Shown here one piece after another: positions 8,682 to 17,701 of a DNA stretch of 27,705 nucleotides. The DNA is from Cenarchaeum sp. Lineage in GTDB: Archaea; Thermoproteota; Nitrososphaeria; Nitrososphaerales; Nitrosopumilaceae. Position numbers and translations under genes: made by a program. Below the pieces are notes generated by a model that was given only the letters and a program-made list of their open reading frames with translations, had not been told where the DNA came from and made no database searches. The DNA lies in contig CAXVTD010000001.1 of NCBI GenBank assembly GCA_963693095.2, forward strand, positions 1-27,705, in the 5' to 3' direction. The stretch's first letter is position 1, and each line of letters starts with the position of its first letter.

Positions 8682-8873
8682 GTGCGCTCAACACTAGTGC
8701 CCATCGAGTCAAAGTACGCCGAGCGTGTGGTTCGCCGCCTGCTCGGCGGCATGTCGAGCTTTATTGACGCGACTGATGCGAGCCGCGGGATTGTGGCGAC
8801 GAGGGCAGAGCATGACATACGGCGCGACTATACGCTCGTGCCGCTGCCGGTGCTCCTCCTGCTCCTGTCATAA
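8682..8873 (+). pseudogene. Probable C-terminal remnant of a COG1373/DUF4143-type ATP-binding protein
   Basis: VPIESKY...GMSSFI...GIVAT...LVPLPVLLLLL resembles the PD-(D/E)xK-like C-terminus of that family; no ATPase domain upstream. Confidence 0.4.
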
Positions 8874-8892
8874 CCGTGCGCGGACCTGACGA

Positions 8893-10215
8893 CTAGCCGA
8901 GGCCCATCTTTCTGAGAAATCCCTGCATCTGGCGCCCGCCAGAGGCCTTCATCATGCCCTTTGAGTTCTTGAAGTTCTTCAGGAGGTCCTTTACGTCGTG
9001 CTCAGTAGAGCCGCTCCCGCGCGCGATCCTCTTTGCGCGAGACGAGTTTATCGAGTCGGGATCGTCCTTTTCGACGCGCGTCATGCTCTGTATGATGTGG
9101 CGCCAGCGCGCGACCTTTTCCTCCATGTTGTCGAGCTGGCCATCCTTTACGCTTCCGGCAAAGCCGGGCATCGACTCTATCATGCCGCGCAGCGAGCCGC
9201 CGCTGGCCATTCCCTCAAGCTGCGAGTAAAAGTCATCCATGTTCATCTTGCCGCGCGCCATCCTCTTTATGCTGTCACCGCTGGCGTTCTCCTCGAGTTT
9301 CTTTGCCATGTCGAGGACCGCCTGCACGTCGCCCATGCCGAGCAGCCTGCCGACAAACCTTGTGGACGAAAAGCGCTCGAGGTCACCGATGCGCTCACCC
9401 GTGCCGATATACATGACGCGCGCACCAGTCTCGCTTGCCGCAGCAAGCGCACCGCCACCCTTGGCCGTGCTGTCGAGCTTTGTTATCGCAATGCCGCCGA
9501 CCTTTGCTGCCGAGTGGAATGCGGCGGCCTGCGCGCCGCACTGCCTGCCCATCGTCCCGTCCACGACGAGGAGAACCAGGTCTGGGCTTGCCGCCTTTGC
9601 CATCGTCTTCATCTCCTCGAGGAGCGCGCCCTCCTCCTTGTGCCTGCCCGCAGTGTCAATTATTATCACGTCCGGCGCATCACCGTGGTGCTTTAGGCCG
9701 GCTGACACAATGGCTGTCGCATCGGTGTTTCCCTCCTCGCCGTACACGTCAACGTGCGCCCTGGAGCACATGTCGCGAAGCTGCTCTAGTGCGCCTGGCC
9801 TGTGCGTGTCTGCGCCGACTGCGGCGACCTTGTAGCCGTTTTTCGTCAGGTGCATCGCAAGCTTTGCGGCAGTCGTCGTCTTGCCGCTCCCCTGTATGCC
9901 GAGCATGAGTATCCTCGTCTGCGTGCCGGCCTTGAACTCAAACTCTGAGTCGCGCCCGAGCATCGCGGCGACCTCGTCATAGAGTATCTTGATGATGTGG
10001 TCCTTTCGCGGAAGGCCCGGCGGGGGCTTTTCGTTCGTCGCCCTCTCCTCTATGCGCTTTGTCACGGCGATGACGATCTTTACGTCAACGTCGGCCTGGA
10101 GGAGGGCCCTCTGAACGTCGCGCGAGAGGTCCTTTATGAGCTCGGCGTCGACTCCGCCGGCCGAGACGACCTTTTTTATCGCCGCGCGAAGGCCTGTCTT
10201 TAGCGAGTCGAGCAT
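8893..10215 (-). CDS. srp54: Signal recognition particle 54 kDa protein
   Basis: ALLQADV, GIQGSGKTTT, DTAGRH, TKLDSTAKGGGAL, RLLGMGD, M-domain IIQSMT...RIARGSG. Confidence 0.97.
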   Translation of the reverse strand: MLDSLKTGLRAAIKKVVSAGGVDAELIKDLSRDVQRALLQADVDVKIVIAVTKRIEERATNEKPPPGLPRKDHIIKILYDEVAAMLGRDSEFEFKAGTQTRILMLGIQGSGKTTTAAKLAMHLTKNGYKVAAVGADTHRPGALEQLRDMCSRAHVDVYGEEGNTDATAIVSAGLKHHGDAPDVIIIDTAGRHKEEGALLEEMKTMAKAASPDLVLLVVDGTMGRQCGAQAAAFHSAAKVGGIAITKLDSTAKGGGALAAASETGARVMYIGTGERIGDLERFSSTRFVGRLLGMGDVQAVLDMAKKLEENASGDSIKRMARGKMNMDDFYSQLEGMASGGSLRGMIESMPGFAGSVKDGQLDNMEEKVARWRHIIQSMTRVEKDDPDSINSSRAKRIARGSGSTEHDVKDLLKNFKNSKGMMKASGGRQMQGFLRKMGLG

Positions 10216-10913
10216 GGCGCGCGCAGGGCCGCGTCCTCTATTTCAAACCTTCCCCTGTACCCGTCCCACGTCGCCGTCGCGCCGCGAATCTCGATCGCGC
10301 GCGCAAAGAGCGGGCACTCGGTGACAAACGTCTCGGCCTCGCCGCCCTCAAATGACGCGTCAAAGCCAAACTCTTCGGCGAGGCGCCCTAGCCTCCGGAC
10401 TGCCCCGTCAGTCACCTCGGCCCCAAGCCACTCGGCCCCGAGACCGCCGGCCGAAACGGCGACTATGACAAACCTAAACTGCGCGGCGAGGAGCGCTCGC
10501 AGGTGCGCAACGCCGCCGTGCCCCCACAGGGGCGCAATGGCCTGAATGCCCGCACTCTTGGCCGCAGCCGCAAACGTGTCGCGCTGAAACGCGCTGCTGA
10601 TTCCACCGTGGACGACTCCGTCAATATCGTGCTCGCGCGCGGCCTCGGCGAGCGCCAGTGCCAGTGCGCCGCCGTCGGCGGCCGGTGCGGCAAAGCTGAC
10701 TAGAGGCACGCCCATGGCCTCGGCGTGCAGCGCAACGTGCTGCGCGTTGGGGTGGTGATATACCATGTTCTCGCCGCTCTCTGGCAGCGCGCCGACAACG
10801 CAGGCGATATCGTGCCCGCTAGAGCTCGCAAGATGCGCCGCATACGCGCTGTCCTTGCCACCTGACATTAGTGCAGCTAGCCTCACGCCGCCCCTAAACC
10901 CTGCAGGTGGCAT
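10200..10913 (-). CDS. dph6: Diphthine--ammonia ligase (Dph6/PP-loop family)
   Basis: SGGKDS PP-loop, APLW, EGGEAETFV. True start may be GTG at 10886. Confidence 0.85.
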   Translation of the reverse strand: MPPAGFRGGVRLAALMSGGKDSAYAAHLASSSGHDIACVVGALPESGENMVYHHPNAQHVALHAEAMGVPLVSFAAPAADGGALALALAEAAREHDIDGVVHGGISSAFQRDTFAAAAKSAGIQAIAPLWGHGGVAHLRALLAAQFRFVIVAVSAGGLGAEWLGAEVTDGAVRRLGRLAEEFGFDASFEGGEAETFVTECPLFARAIEIRGATATWDGYRGRFEIEDAALRAPCSTR

Positions 10914-10914
10914 G

Positions 10915-10974
10915 GCGCCTCGTAACTCATAATCCTCATCATCATCAGATGGCTTTTCCGCATTTCATCGGCGC
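10915..10974 (-). ncRNA. Box C/D guide sRNA candidate; D guide complementary to a CAU tRNA anticodon loop
   Basis: Minus strand reads GCGCC-GATGA (C)-AATGCGGAAAAGCCAT-CTGA (D')-TGA-TGATGA (C')-GGATTATGAGTT-ACGA (D, degenerate)-GGCGC, with a 5-bp terminal stem. It fills the aIF5A-dph6 gap. Confidence 0.7.
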
Positions 10975-10979
10975 TGCGC

Positions 10980-11390
10980 TCAGCCCCGGACGCGCATTAT
11001 TTTAGTCATGCCCATGACGGTCCAGTACTCTACGTTCTGGCCGTTCTCGACTGTGCCCTTTATCTCGTCGTCGACCATCGTGACATCTATGGTATCAAAG
11101 GTTTCAGAGTCCATGATCTGTATCGTCTCGCCGCTGATCGATATGACCTGCGCGGTCCGCTTGTCGATCAGGGGGACGTGAATCTGCATGCTCACCGGCC
11201 CGACGTGCGGGCGCTTTTGGCCGTCAAAGACGCCAACGCCGACGATTCTTGCCTTGGCCGAGCCGTGCTTGCCCGGCTTGCTCGTGTCATATTCGACAAT
11301 CCTGCACGCCTCGCCGGTGGGTTGGTCAGAGACGGGCAAGAGTATGTACGAGCCCACCTTTAGCGATCCTAGGTCTGCTGGCTTTGACAC
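10980..11390 (-). CDS. eif5a: Translation factor aIF5A (eIF5A/EF-P homologue)
   Basis: Hypusine motif SKPGKHGSAK; GTG start at 11390, about 30 bp from the AT-rich tract at 11414-11420. Confidence 0.95.
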   Translation of the reverse strand: MSKPADLGSLKVGSYILLPVSDQPTGEACRIVEYDTSKPGKHGSAKARIVGVGVFDGQKRPHVGPVSMQIHVPLIDKRTAQVISISGETIQIMDSETFDTIDVTMVDDEIKGTVENGQNVEYWTVMGMTKIMRVRG

Positions 11391-11647
11391 GGCGCACGGC
11401 GTGCTGCGGCGGTATTTTAAGGCTTTAACGCGCGCGCAGCTTGCCCATGACCGTAGCATGGGCGCCCCCTAGTTCCGTCTTTGCTGCAGCCGGCGTGCCC
11501 TGTGGGGCACCTGCACTGGCGCCGGCCCATGGCTGGCCTGCCGTGCTCTAGGTCAGGGCATTATGGCCACACGCGAGCCTGTCTGGTCCACCGTTGCCCA
11601 TGGCGCTCACAAGGTATTTAACGACGCGAGCGGCGCGAGCGGCGCAT

Positions 11648-12490
11648 ATGGTCACGGACAACAAGGCGACGCTGACATACGTGCAGCTCCTAAAGGAGGA
11701 TCTCGGAATATTCCGCCTAGTGCCCAACGACGGCGAGGTTCCCGAGTACAAGGCCGGCCAGTTCATCACGCTGGGCATGGACGTGCCCGGCGAGAAGAAC
11801 ATGATCCGGCGGGCCTACTCTATTGCCTCACATCCAGAGAACCGCAAGTACATCGAGCTCGTCATACGCTGGGTTCGCAAGCCCCTCCCTGGGAGGCTCA
11901 CGACGCAGCTCTTTAACGCAAAGGAGGGTGACGAAGTCAGCTGGATACGCCCGACTGGCGCCGCACTGCTCATCAATGACAAGCTCCCGGACGGCCGTCG
12001 CGATGATCGCAGGATTGTGTGCATCGGAGGCGGCACGGGGATTGCGCCGTTTGCGAGCTTTGCGTCTCACCTCCATGATGTGGGGGACAGGCGCGAGATC
12101 GTCGTTCTCCACGGCGCAAGCTATGTTGACGAGCTGAGCTACAAGTCGCTCTTTACGGACCTAGAGCACGAGAGCCTCGATCGCGGGCGCGACAAGTGGA
12201 ACTTTACCTACAGGGCCGCGATCAGCCGCCCGCAAGAGTGGTTCAACCGGTCATGGGGCGGCCACACGGGCAGGGTCGAGACGTTCCTGCGCCCCGGTGA
12301 GGACGGCCGCTCGCCGCTCGAAAAGCTCGTCGGCGAAAAGATCACAAAGGAGAACACAATGTTCTACATCTGCGGCTGGCAGGGGACAATAGACGGCTCG
12401 ATGGACTATCTAAAGCCGTCCGGATTTGTGACACAGCGCGACAAGCGAGCCGACGGCTCCTTTGAGGTAAAGTTCGAGTCCTACGGCTAG
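11648..12490 (+). CDS. Ferredoxin--NADP+ reductase family oxidoreductase
   Basis: YKAGQF, RRAYSIAS, GGGTGIAPF, FYICG motifs; TATTTAA at 11615-11621 upstream. Confidence 0.9.
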   Translation: MVTDNKATLTYVQLLKEDLGIFRLVPNDGEVPEYKAGQFITLGMDVPGEKNMIRRAYSIASHPENRKYIELVIRWVRKPLPGRLTTQLFNAKEGDEVSWIRPTGAALLINDKLPDGRRDDRRIVCIGGGTGIAPFASFASHLHDVGDRREIVVLHGASYVDELSYKSLFTDLEHESLDRGRDKWNFTYRAAISRPQEWFNRSWGGHTGRVETFLRPGEDGRSPLEKLVGEKITKENTMFYICGWQGTIDGSMDYLKPSGFVTQRDKRADGSFEVKFESYG

Positions 12491-12915
12491 GGCCAGTTGT
12501 GCGCCCTGGCGTGACGTGTCGGCAATGAAGGTGTTGGCTGCGCGATGATGCGCGTTTCTGCGTCTCTGGCAGACGTCGTGTCGCGCGCACCCTTGCGACG
12601 CAATGTGCATAACACTGGCGAGACTGGATTGTGCGCCATGGCTGGCTGCTCCCTCCTCCCTGTGTCAATCCACGGGAGCCGTGTGGCGCTGACTGACGTG
12701 CCGCCGTCTGTGACCTAGTGGCCCTGGCCGGCACGATGAGCGTCGCATACTCGCCCATATAGGGCGCGGTATGTCACCTGGCAGGGGGGCGACTTTGGAG
12801 CGCGCTCTGCTGACATGCGACATGGATTCGCACAACAGGGTCAATCACGCCATGGCACATGGCGGCCATGGCATTGCGGAATTAGACATAATAACGGCCC
12901 GTCAAGCGCCCCGCC

Positions 12916-12992
12916 GGGGACGTAGGTTAGCATGGTGGACTGCCAGCCTCGGGCGCTGGAGATCATGGGTTCAAGTCCCATCGTCCCCACCA
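12916..12992 (+). tRNA. tRNA-Pro(CGG), CCA encoded
   Basis: Acceptor GGGGACG/CGTCCCC; anticodon arm CCAGC-CTCGGGC-GCTGG; T-loop GTTCAAGTC; ends ACCA. Confidence 0.95.
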
Positions 12993-13063
12993 CAGTCATG
13001 TCGCGCATGGCCTCCGTGCCCAATGGCAATCCCTAAATCCCCTCACTGCGCGCCGCGCGCGCG

Positions 13064-13627
13064 TTGCTTGGGGAGGAACTGCTAGGGCTCGCCGAGGCGC
13101 ACTATATCGAGTCATTCGCAGTCGCATTTGGCGTCGGCGCGCTCCAGGGCGCAATGCTTGCGCGCGGCGTCCGCCGGCGCTTTCCGTCGCTTCGCTCACA
13201 CGCGCGCGCCGCCTCGACGATACTCCTCATCGTCTTTCTCGCGCACGCCATCCTGAGCGCGCTGCGCTTTGCGTCACCAGAGCGCGTGAACCTTGCCGGA
13301 CTGGGAACGCCTGAGACCCTGGAGGGACTCGCGAATATCATCGCGCAACTCCTCGGCGTTGACGGCGGGTTTTGGTCAACGCTCGCCATGCTCATCACCG
13401 TCTCGCTAATGCTCCTCTTTCGCAGCGCCGAGCTGCCCGCAATCGCGCGATACTTTGTCTTTGCAATAAGCGTAATCACGTTCTTCCTGGCCCTCGCGTC
13501 AAGGTTTGCCGGATATGTCCCCACCGAGTTTCACGTCGCAATGTACTCGCTGTACCATGTCGGCATTGCCGCCGGCGTCTTTCTGGTCATGCGCCGCGGC
13601 CCACCGCGCGCCACGTGGGACGGCTAG
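13064..13627 (+). CDS. Hypothetical integral membrane protein
   Basis: About five hydrophobic stretches; TTG start; stop overlaps the convergent gene's stop. Confidence 0.75.
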   Translation: MLGEELLGLAEAHYIESFAVAFGVGALQGAMLARGVRRRFPSLRSHARAASTILLIVFLAHAILSALRFASPERVNLAGLGTPETLEGLANIIAQLLGVDGGFWSTLAMLITVSLMLLFRSAELPAIARYFVFAISVITFFLALASRFAGYVPTEFHVAMYSLYHVGIAAGVFLVMRRGPPRATWDG

Positions 13628-15057
13628 AGGAGGCAGTACGCGTATGAGGGGGAGAGCGTGGGGTACATTATGCTGGTCTTGACATCAGAGTGGCCCAGGC
13701 CGACAGAGTGGCCCAGCTCGTGCGTCATTATCTCCTGAACGGTGCCCACGTCATACAGCTGAAAGCTCCCGTCGCACGCATAGTCGCCTAGGGCGACTTC
13801 CACAATCCCCTTGCCGACGTGCGCATGGCCCAGGACGCCCTCGCCGAGATCCCTGACCACCCACGTGACCCACACGTTGGCCTCGTGCTTTGCGCGCGTC
13901 ACGCTAAAGATGATGCTCGCGTCCTCGCCGCCGTACTGGAGCGTCTGGGCTTCCCAGAACGCCATCGAGTCGCCCAGAGTCTCGACATGGTTGAGGGGCA
14001 GTCCGGAGGGCTGCTCGTTTATGAACACGTTGTAGCGTATGGTCGCCCCCGCGCCGATCCGCACGTCGATCTCGGGATCCGGAAAACTGGTGGCGGCGCG
14101 CGCGGCCTCCTCGTCAAAGTTCCACTTTACATAGTCGCGCAGGAACTTTTTGATCACGTCGCCGCTGGGGTTGGGGTACTCGATGTAGCGCTTTTCGCTA
14201 TCGACGTTGGAGACTATGCGCCCGAGATAGTTCTTGAACAAAAAGAGGCCGTCCCTGTCGCGTGAAGCCTTTGCCTCGGCACTCTCAGGCGGCCCGTCGA
14301 CTAGGCCGCCGATGAGCATCTCGCGCACGGTTTGCGCTAGGCTGCCGACTGTGACGTTTCCTGATGCCCACTCCACGAGCGTCTCCTCATCAGGCACGGT
14401 CTGCGGGGAGGCGGTCCGCTCCATGCCGGCCACGGGAACGACAATGACGCCCTCGGCGAGAAGGTACGTGATCGCCTCGAGAAACTCCTCGCCGCTTATC
14501 TGCCCGCCGGCCCACCACAGCGCAATGCCGGTGGTCCACGCCGGCACCTTTGAGGGGCGCTGCGATGGTGCCGCAAAGTCGGGCTTTTCGGTGGCCTTGT
14601 AGGGGTATTTTGTTATCACGCCATCGATAAACGTCGCATAGTTTTGGTACACCGTGCTCTCCGGCTCTGCCTCAAGGGCCCTCGCAAAGTACAGCCTTGC
14701 CTCGGCGTACTCGCCTAGGTTGCCAAACCCCACGCCGGCTCCGGCTAGCGCAACGGTGTCAGCAGGGTTGTCCTGGAGCACGGTATAGAACGATATGAGC
14801 GACTCGCGATGCAGGCCGCTGTTTGACTGCGCTATTCCCTTTAGGCGCAGGACATCTGCGTCCCTTGGCGCCCCGTCGAGAATGCCGTCGTATATCGCAA
14901 TGGCCGCCGAATACTCGCCGCGCGCAAAGAGGCTCCGGGCCTCCTTCATTACACCGTCATCCTGTGCGTCAGCCGTTCCGGCTAGCGCAACGGCTAGAGC
15001 TGCTGCCACGGCGCCGCAGGCCACTAGTCTCCATGCCATCAGTCGGCGGGGACGCAT
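13624..15057 (-). CDS. Secreted TPR-repeat matrixin-like (M10/metzincin) metallopeptidase
   Basis: Signal-peptide-like N-terminus; TPR-like helices; VPAW...WWAGGQIS..EFL.AI.YL segment; HELGHSVGLGH zinc motif and SIMYP Met-turn. Start could be ATG 15036. Confidence 0.85.
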   Translation of the reverse strand: MRPRRLMAWRLVACGAVAAALAVALAGTADAQDDGVMKEARSLFARGEYSAAIAIYDGILDGAPRDADVLRLKGIAQSNSGLHRESLISFYTVLQDNPADTVALAGAGVGFGNLGEYAEARLYFARALEAEPESTVYQNYATFIDGVITKYPYKATEKPDFAAPSQRPSKVPAWTTGIALWWAGGQISGEEFLEAITYLLAEGVIVVPVAGMERTASPQTVPDEETLVEWASGNVTVGSLAQTVREMLIGGLVDGPPESAEAKASRDRDGLFLFKNYLGRIVSNVDSEKRYIEYPNPSGDVIKKFLRDYVKWNFDEEAARAATSFPDPEIDVRIGAGATIRYNVFINEQPSGLPLNHVETLGDSMAFWEAQTLQYGGEDASIIFSVTRAKHEANVWVTWVVRDLGEGVLGHAHVGKGIVEVALGDYACDGSFQLYDVGTVQEIMTHELGHSVGLGHSDVKTSIMYPTLSPSYAYCLL

Positions 15058-15145
15058 CCAATCTATTTATCCTGTGCATATTGCGCACGATCTCGTGTGT
15101 GGCGCCGCACAAAGGCTTTAACGCCCCGGCACCCCTCGCTGCCCC

Positions 15146-15556
15146 ATGGCAGGTCGCGCGCAGGGCTCACCGAGCCTCCGCGAGCAGATAGACGCGGCTA
15201 GGGCTGCCCTTGGCAAGATAGGCGAGCCGGCACCGACTAGCCCGGAACTCACCGATGCGGCAAACCTGATTCGCGCAAACGACACGCTCGCGCGATCCGG
15301 CGCCCAAAAGTCGCGGATAATCGACCTCTATGCCGAGTACGCATCAGGCCTCGAGGGCATCATCGACTCGGTCCTCGACGTCCAGTCCGAGCTGTCTGAG
15401 ATGCTCGGCCGGAGCGTGCGCTCGCGGGCCACTAGCGGACGCAAACAACCTCGCCGGCGACAAAGCGCTCCTCGCGCCCGCCGCAGCGCAGGACGAGCGC
15501 CCCGTCAGGGTCAATCCGCACAACGGTCCCGGAAACCGCGCAAGACTCGGTCCTGA
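15146..15556 (+). CDS. Hypothetical helical protein with basic tail
   Basis: ATG about 30 bp after TTTAAA at 15117-15122; amphipathic helical N-terminal two-thirds; tail overlaps birA antisense. Confidence 0.65.
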   Translation: MAGRAQGSPSLREQIDAARAALGKIGEPAPTSPELTDAANLIRANDTLARSGAQKSRIIDLYAEYASGLEGIIDSVLDVQSELSEMLGRSVRSRATSGRKQPRRRQSAPRARRSAGRAPRQGQSAQRSRKPRKTRS

Positions 15557-16385
15557 CAGTGGCCGTTCGCCCCACCATGCCTGACTCCCTTGACCACTCT
15601 GCTGCAATGCCTGCGGCATCACGCCCGAGCCTTGCGCACACTGACTCGAGGTTTAGCAGAAATGATTGTGCAAGCCTTATTGGCGCATGGGCGTCACCGC
15701 GCAACGACGCTGCCCTTCGCGCCGCACCATGAATCGACGCGTTTAGCGCATCCTCGTCAACGCCGATGTTTATCCCGACCCCAATGACGGCATGCTCGAT
15801 GGACTCGCCGCGCGCATCTGCGTCAACGACAATGCCGGCGACCTTGTGCGCCGCGCCGTCCCTGAGAACCACAATGTCGTTTGGCCACACGAGTCCGGTT
15901 TCTGTGCCAATCGTGCCGAGAACCGCGTCCCTTAGGGAGAGTGATGCGGCAAGCGGCAGAATGCTTGCGTCACCGGCGCACTCTCCGATGACAACTGACA
16001 TCCACAAGCCTCCGGCCGGCGACTCCCACCTCCTTCCGCGGCGTCCCCTTCCGGACAGTTGCGTTCGCGCAACGACGACTGTGCCGCGCGCGTCACCAGA
16101 GCGCGCCACCTCGATTGCGCGATCCTGCGTCGAGCCAATCTCGTCATGGTACTCTGCGCGCCTGCCGAGCACGCTTGTCTGCAGTCCGCGCGCAAGCTCC
16201 CATGGGAGGATGCGCTCGGTCCTGCGAGTCATCCTCCATGACGGGCCGTCATGCGCAATCCCGTACCCCAGCGCGCGCAGCTCGGCGATCGCACCAGCGT
16301 CCACCTCGTCGTCGCGCACACCGCCATCGCCGCGCAGCCGGTCGACGAGCTCGCCAAGACCAGACTGCGCGTCCACCTGCGCCAA
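15432..16385 (-). CDS. birA: Biotin--protein ligase
   Basis: STQD, QLSGRGRRGRRWESP, WPND, KVAGI, IGVGIN, C-terminal IDPDGALVL domain. Confidence 0.92.
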   Translation of the reverse strand: MAQVDAQSGLGELVDRLRGDGGVRDDEVDAGAIAELRALGYGIAHDGPSWRMTRRTERILPWELARGLQTSVLGRRAEYHDEIGSTQDRAIEVARSGDARGTVVVARTQLSGRGRRGRRWESPAGGLWMSVVIGECAGDASILPLAASLSLRDAVLGTIGTETGLVWPNDIVVLRDGAAHKVAGIVVDADARGESIEHAVIGVGINIGVDEDALNASIHGAARRAASLRGDAHAPIRLAQSFLLNLESVCARLGRDAAGIAAEWSRESGMVGRTATVRTESCAVSGTVVRIDPDGALVLRCGGREERFVAGEVVCVR

Positions 16386-16472
16386 TGGCGCACCCAGCGC
16401 GCTGCCCTAATTACCCCTTTTGGGCAGACCTGCCCGAAACCTACATTTTGGGAGCCTCGCGAGCGCGTCGCG

Positions 16473-16664
16473 TTGCCCCCAAGGACGCGCTGCCCCAACT
16501 GCGGCCAGGACGAGTGGCTCCAGAGCCCAAATACGCACTTTTTGCCCACGGCCGTGAGGCTCAAGGGCGGCGAGTATGGGGCTGACACGGCCAACGGCCC
16601 GCACGTGAGCGTCTGGCGCTGCAACAACTGCCTCTATGTGATGCAGTTCTGGGAGCCTGACTAG
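16473..16664 (+). CDS. Small zinc-ribbon protein (63 aa)
   Basis: CPNC...CNNC pairs; TTG start chosen to avoid overlapping birA. Confidence 0.7.
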   Translation: MPPRTRCPNCGQDEWLQSPNTHFLPTAVRLKGGEYGADTANGPHVSVWRCNNCLYVMQFWEPD

Positions 16665-16736
16665 CGGTCCGGGCGCCCTCAGGCGTGAAATCCGCTGCGA
16701 TCAACCAAAATGTAAATAAGCACCCCCTCTTGCGCC

Positions 16737-17684
16737 ATGGCAATGGCAACGACAAGGAAGGCAAAGTCATCGAGAACGACCAAGAAGGACCTAGAGGAGA
16801 GGATTCACACCCTAGAGGCTCAGATCGCAAAGCTCTCGGCTCAGGCACCGCCAAAACCGGAGCCGTCATCGACGCGCGGAAGCCTGCCAAAGGGCACTGC
16901 CCAAAAGCAGCAGACAGCACCGCCGCCAAAGCCTGCACCGCAGCCGTCATCGGCTCGTGGTAGCCTGCCAAAGGGCATGTCGCCCCCATCGCAGCAGCAG
17001 CAGCAGACAGCACCGCCGCCAAAGCCTGCACCGCAGCCGTCATCGACGCGAGGGAGCCTGCCAAAAGGCATGGCACCACCACCGCAGACGGCTAGCGCCG
17101 AGACTAGCGCACCACCGGCAACGGTGGCTGCAGCACTCGAAGAGTCATACCGAAACTTTCCGATAACTGACACGTTTGGCGAGATGCGCGCCAAGATAAC
17201 GGGATACACGCCCTCGCCGAGCCGCTACTATGCGCGCAACACGGCACCGACGGGCAAGGTCGCAACGTCTGACTGGAACCTCCAAAAGAAGAATGTCACG
17301 GGATACACGCAGCCCTCAAACCAGTACTTTGCGACAAGGCAGAGACTCGCATACCATCCACCCGAAAAGCGCTTCACGGGTTATGGCATGCGCGTAGATG
17401 AGGCTGGCACACAGGATAGCGCACCGCCACCTCCACCACCGCCGTCATCGACGCACGGAAGCCTGCCAAAGGGCATGTCGCCCCCACCGCAGCAGCAGCA
17501 GCAAGCACAGCAGGGTGGCAGCTCAAAGAGCAATCTCGAGTCATACGAGGAAGACTATCTCAAGAGACTAGAAAAGGAGCAGGCTGAGCGAGCAGAGCTC
17601 GAGCGCCTTGCGCGAGAAAATGCGCAAAAGCGCACCGCACCGGCACCTAGCTCAACTCACGGAACGCTTCCAAAGGGGTTCTAG
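16737..17684 (+). CDS. Pro/Gln-rich repetitive hypothetical protein with terminal coiled coils
   Basis: 315-aa ORF after TAAATAA at about 16713; five SS(T/A)(R/H)G(S/T)LPKG repeats. Confidence 0.8.
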   Translation: MAMATTRKAKSSRTTKKDLEERIHTLEAQIAKLSAQAPPKPEPSSTRGSLPKGTAQKQQTAPPPKPAPQPSSARGSLPKGMSPPSQQQQQTAPPPKPAPQPSSTRGSLPKGMAPPPQTASAETSAPPATVAAALEESYRNFPITDTFGEMRAKITGYTPSPSRYYARNTAPTGKVATSDWNLQKKNVTGYTQPSNQYFATRQRLAYHPPEKRFTGYGMRVDEAGTQDSAPPPPPPPSSTHGSLPKGMSPPPQQQQQAQQGGSSKSNLESYEEDYLKRLEKEQAERAELERLARENAQKRTAPAPSSTHGTLPKGF

Positions 17685-17701
17685 GCCCCACACCATCTTT
17701 T

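Noticed and set aside
12640-12665. SRP RNA helix-8-like CAGG...AGCAG on the minus strand
   Set aside because: The intervening bases do not form the GNRA-capped stem and no other SRP helices are evident.
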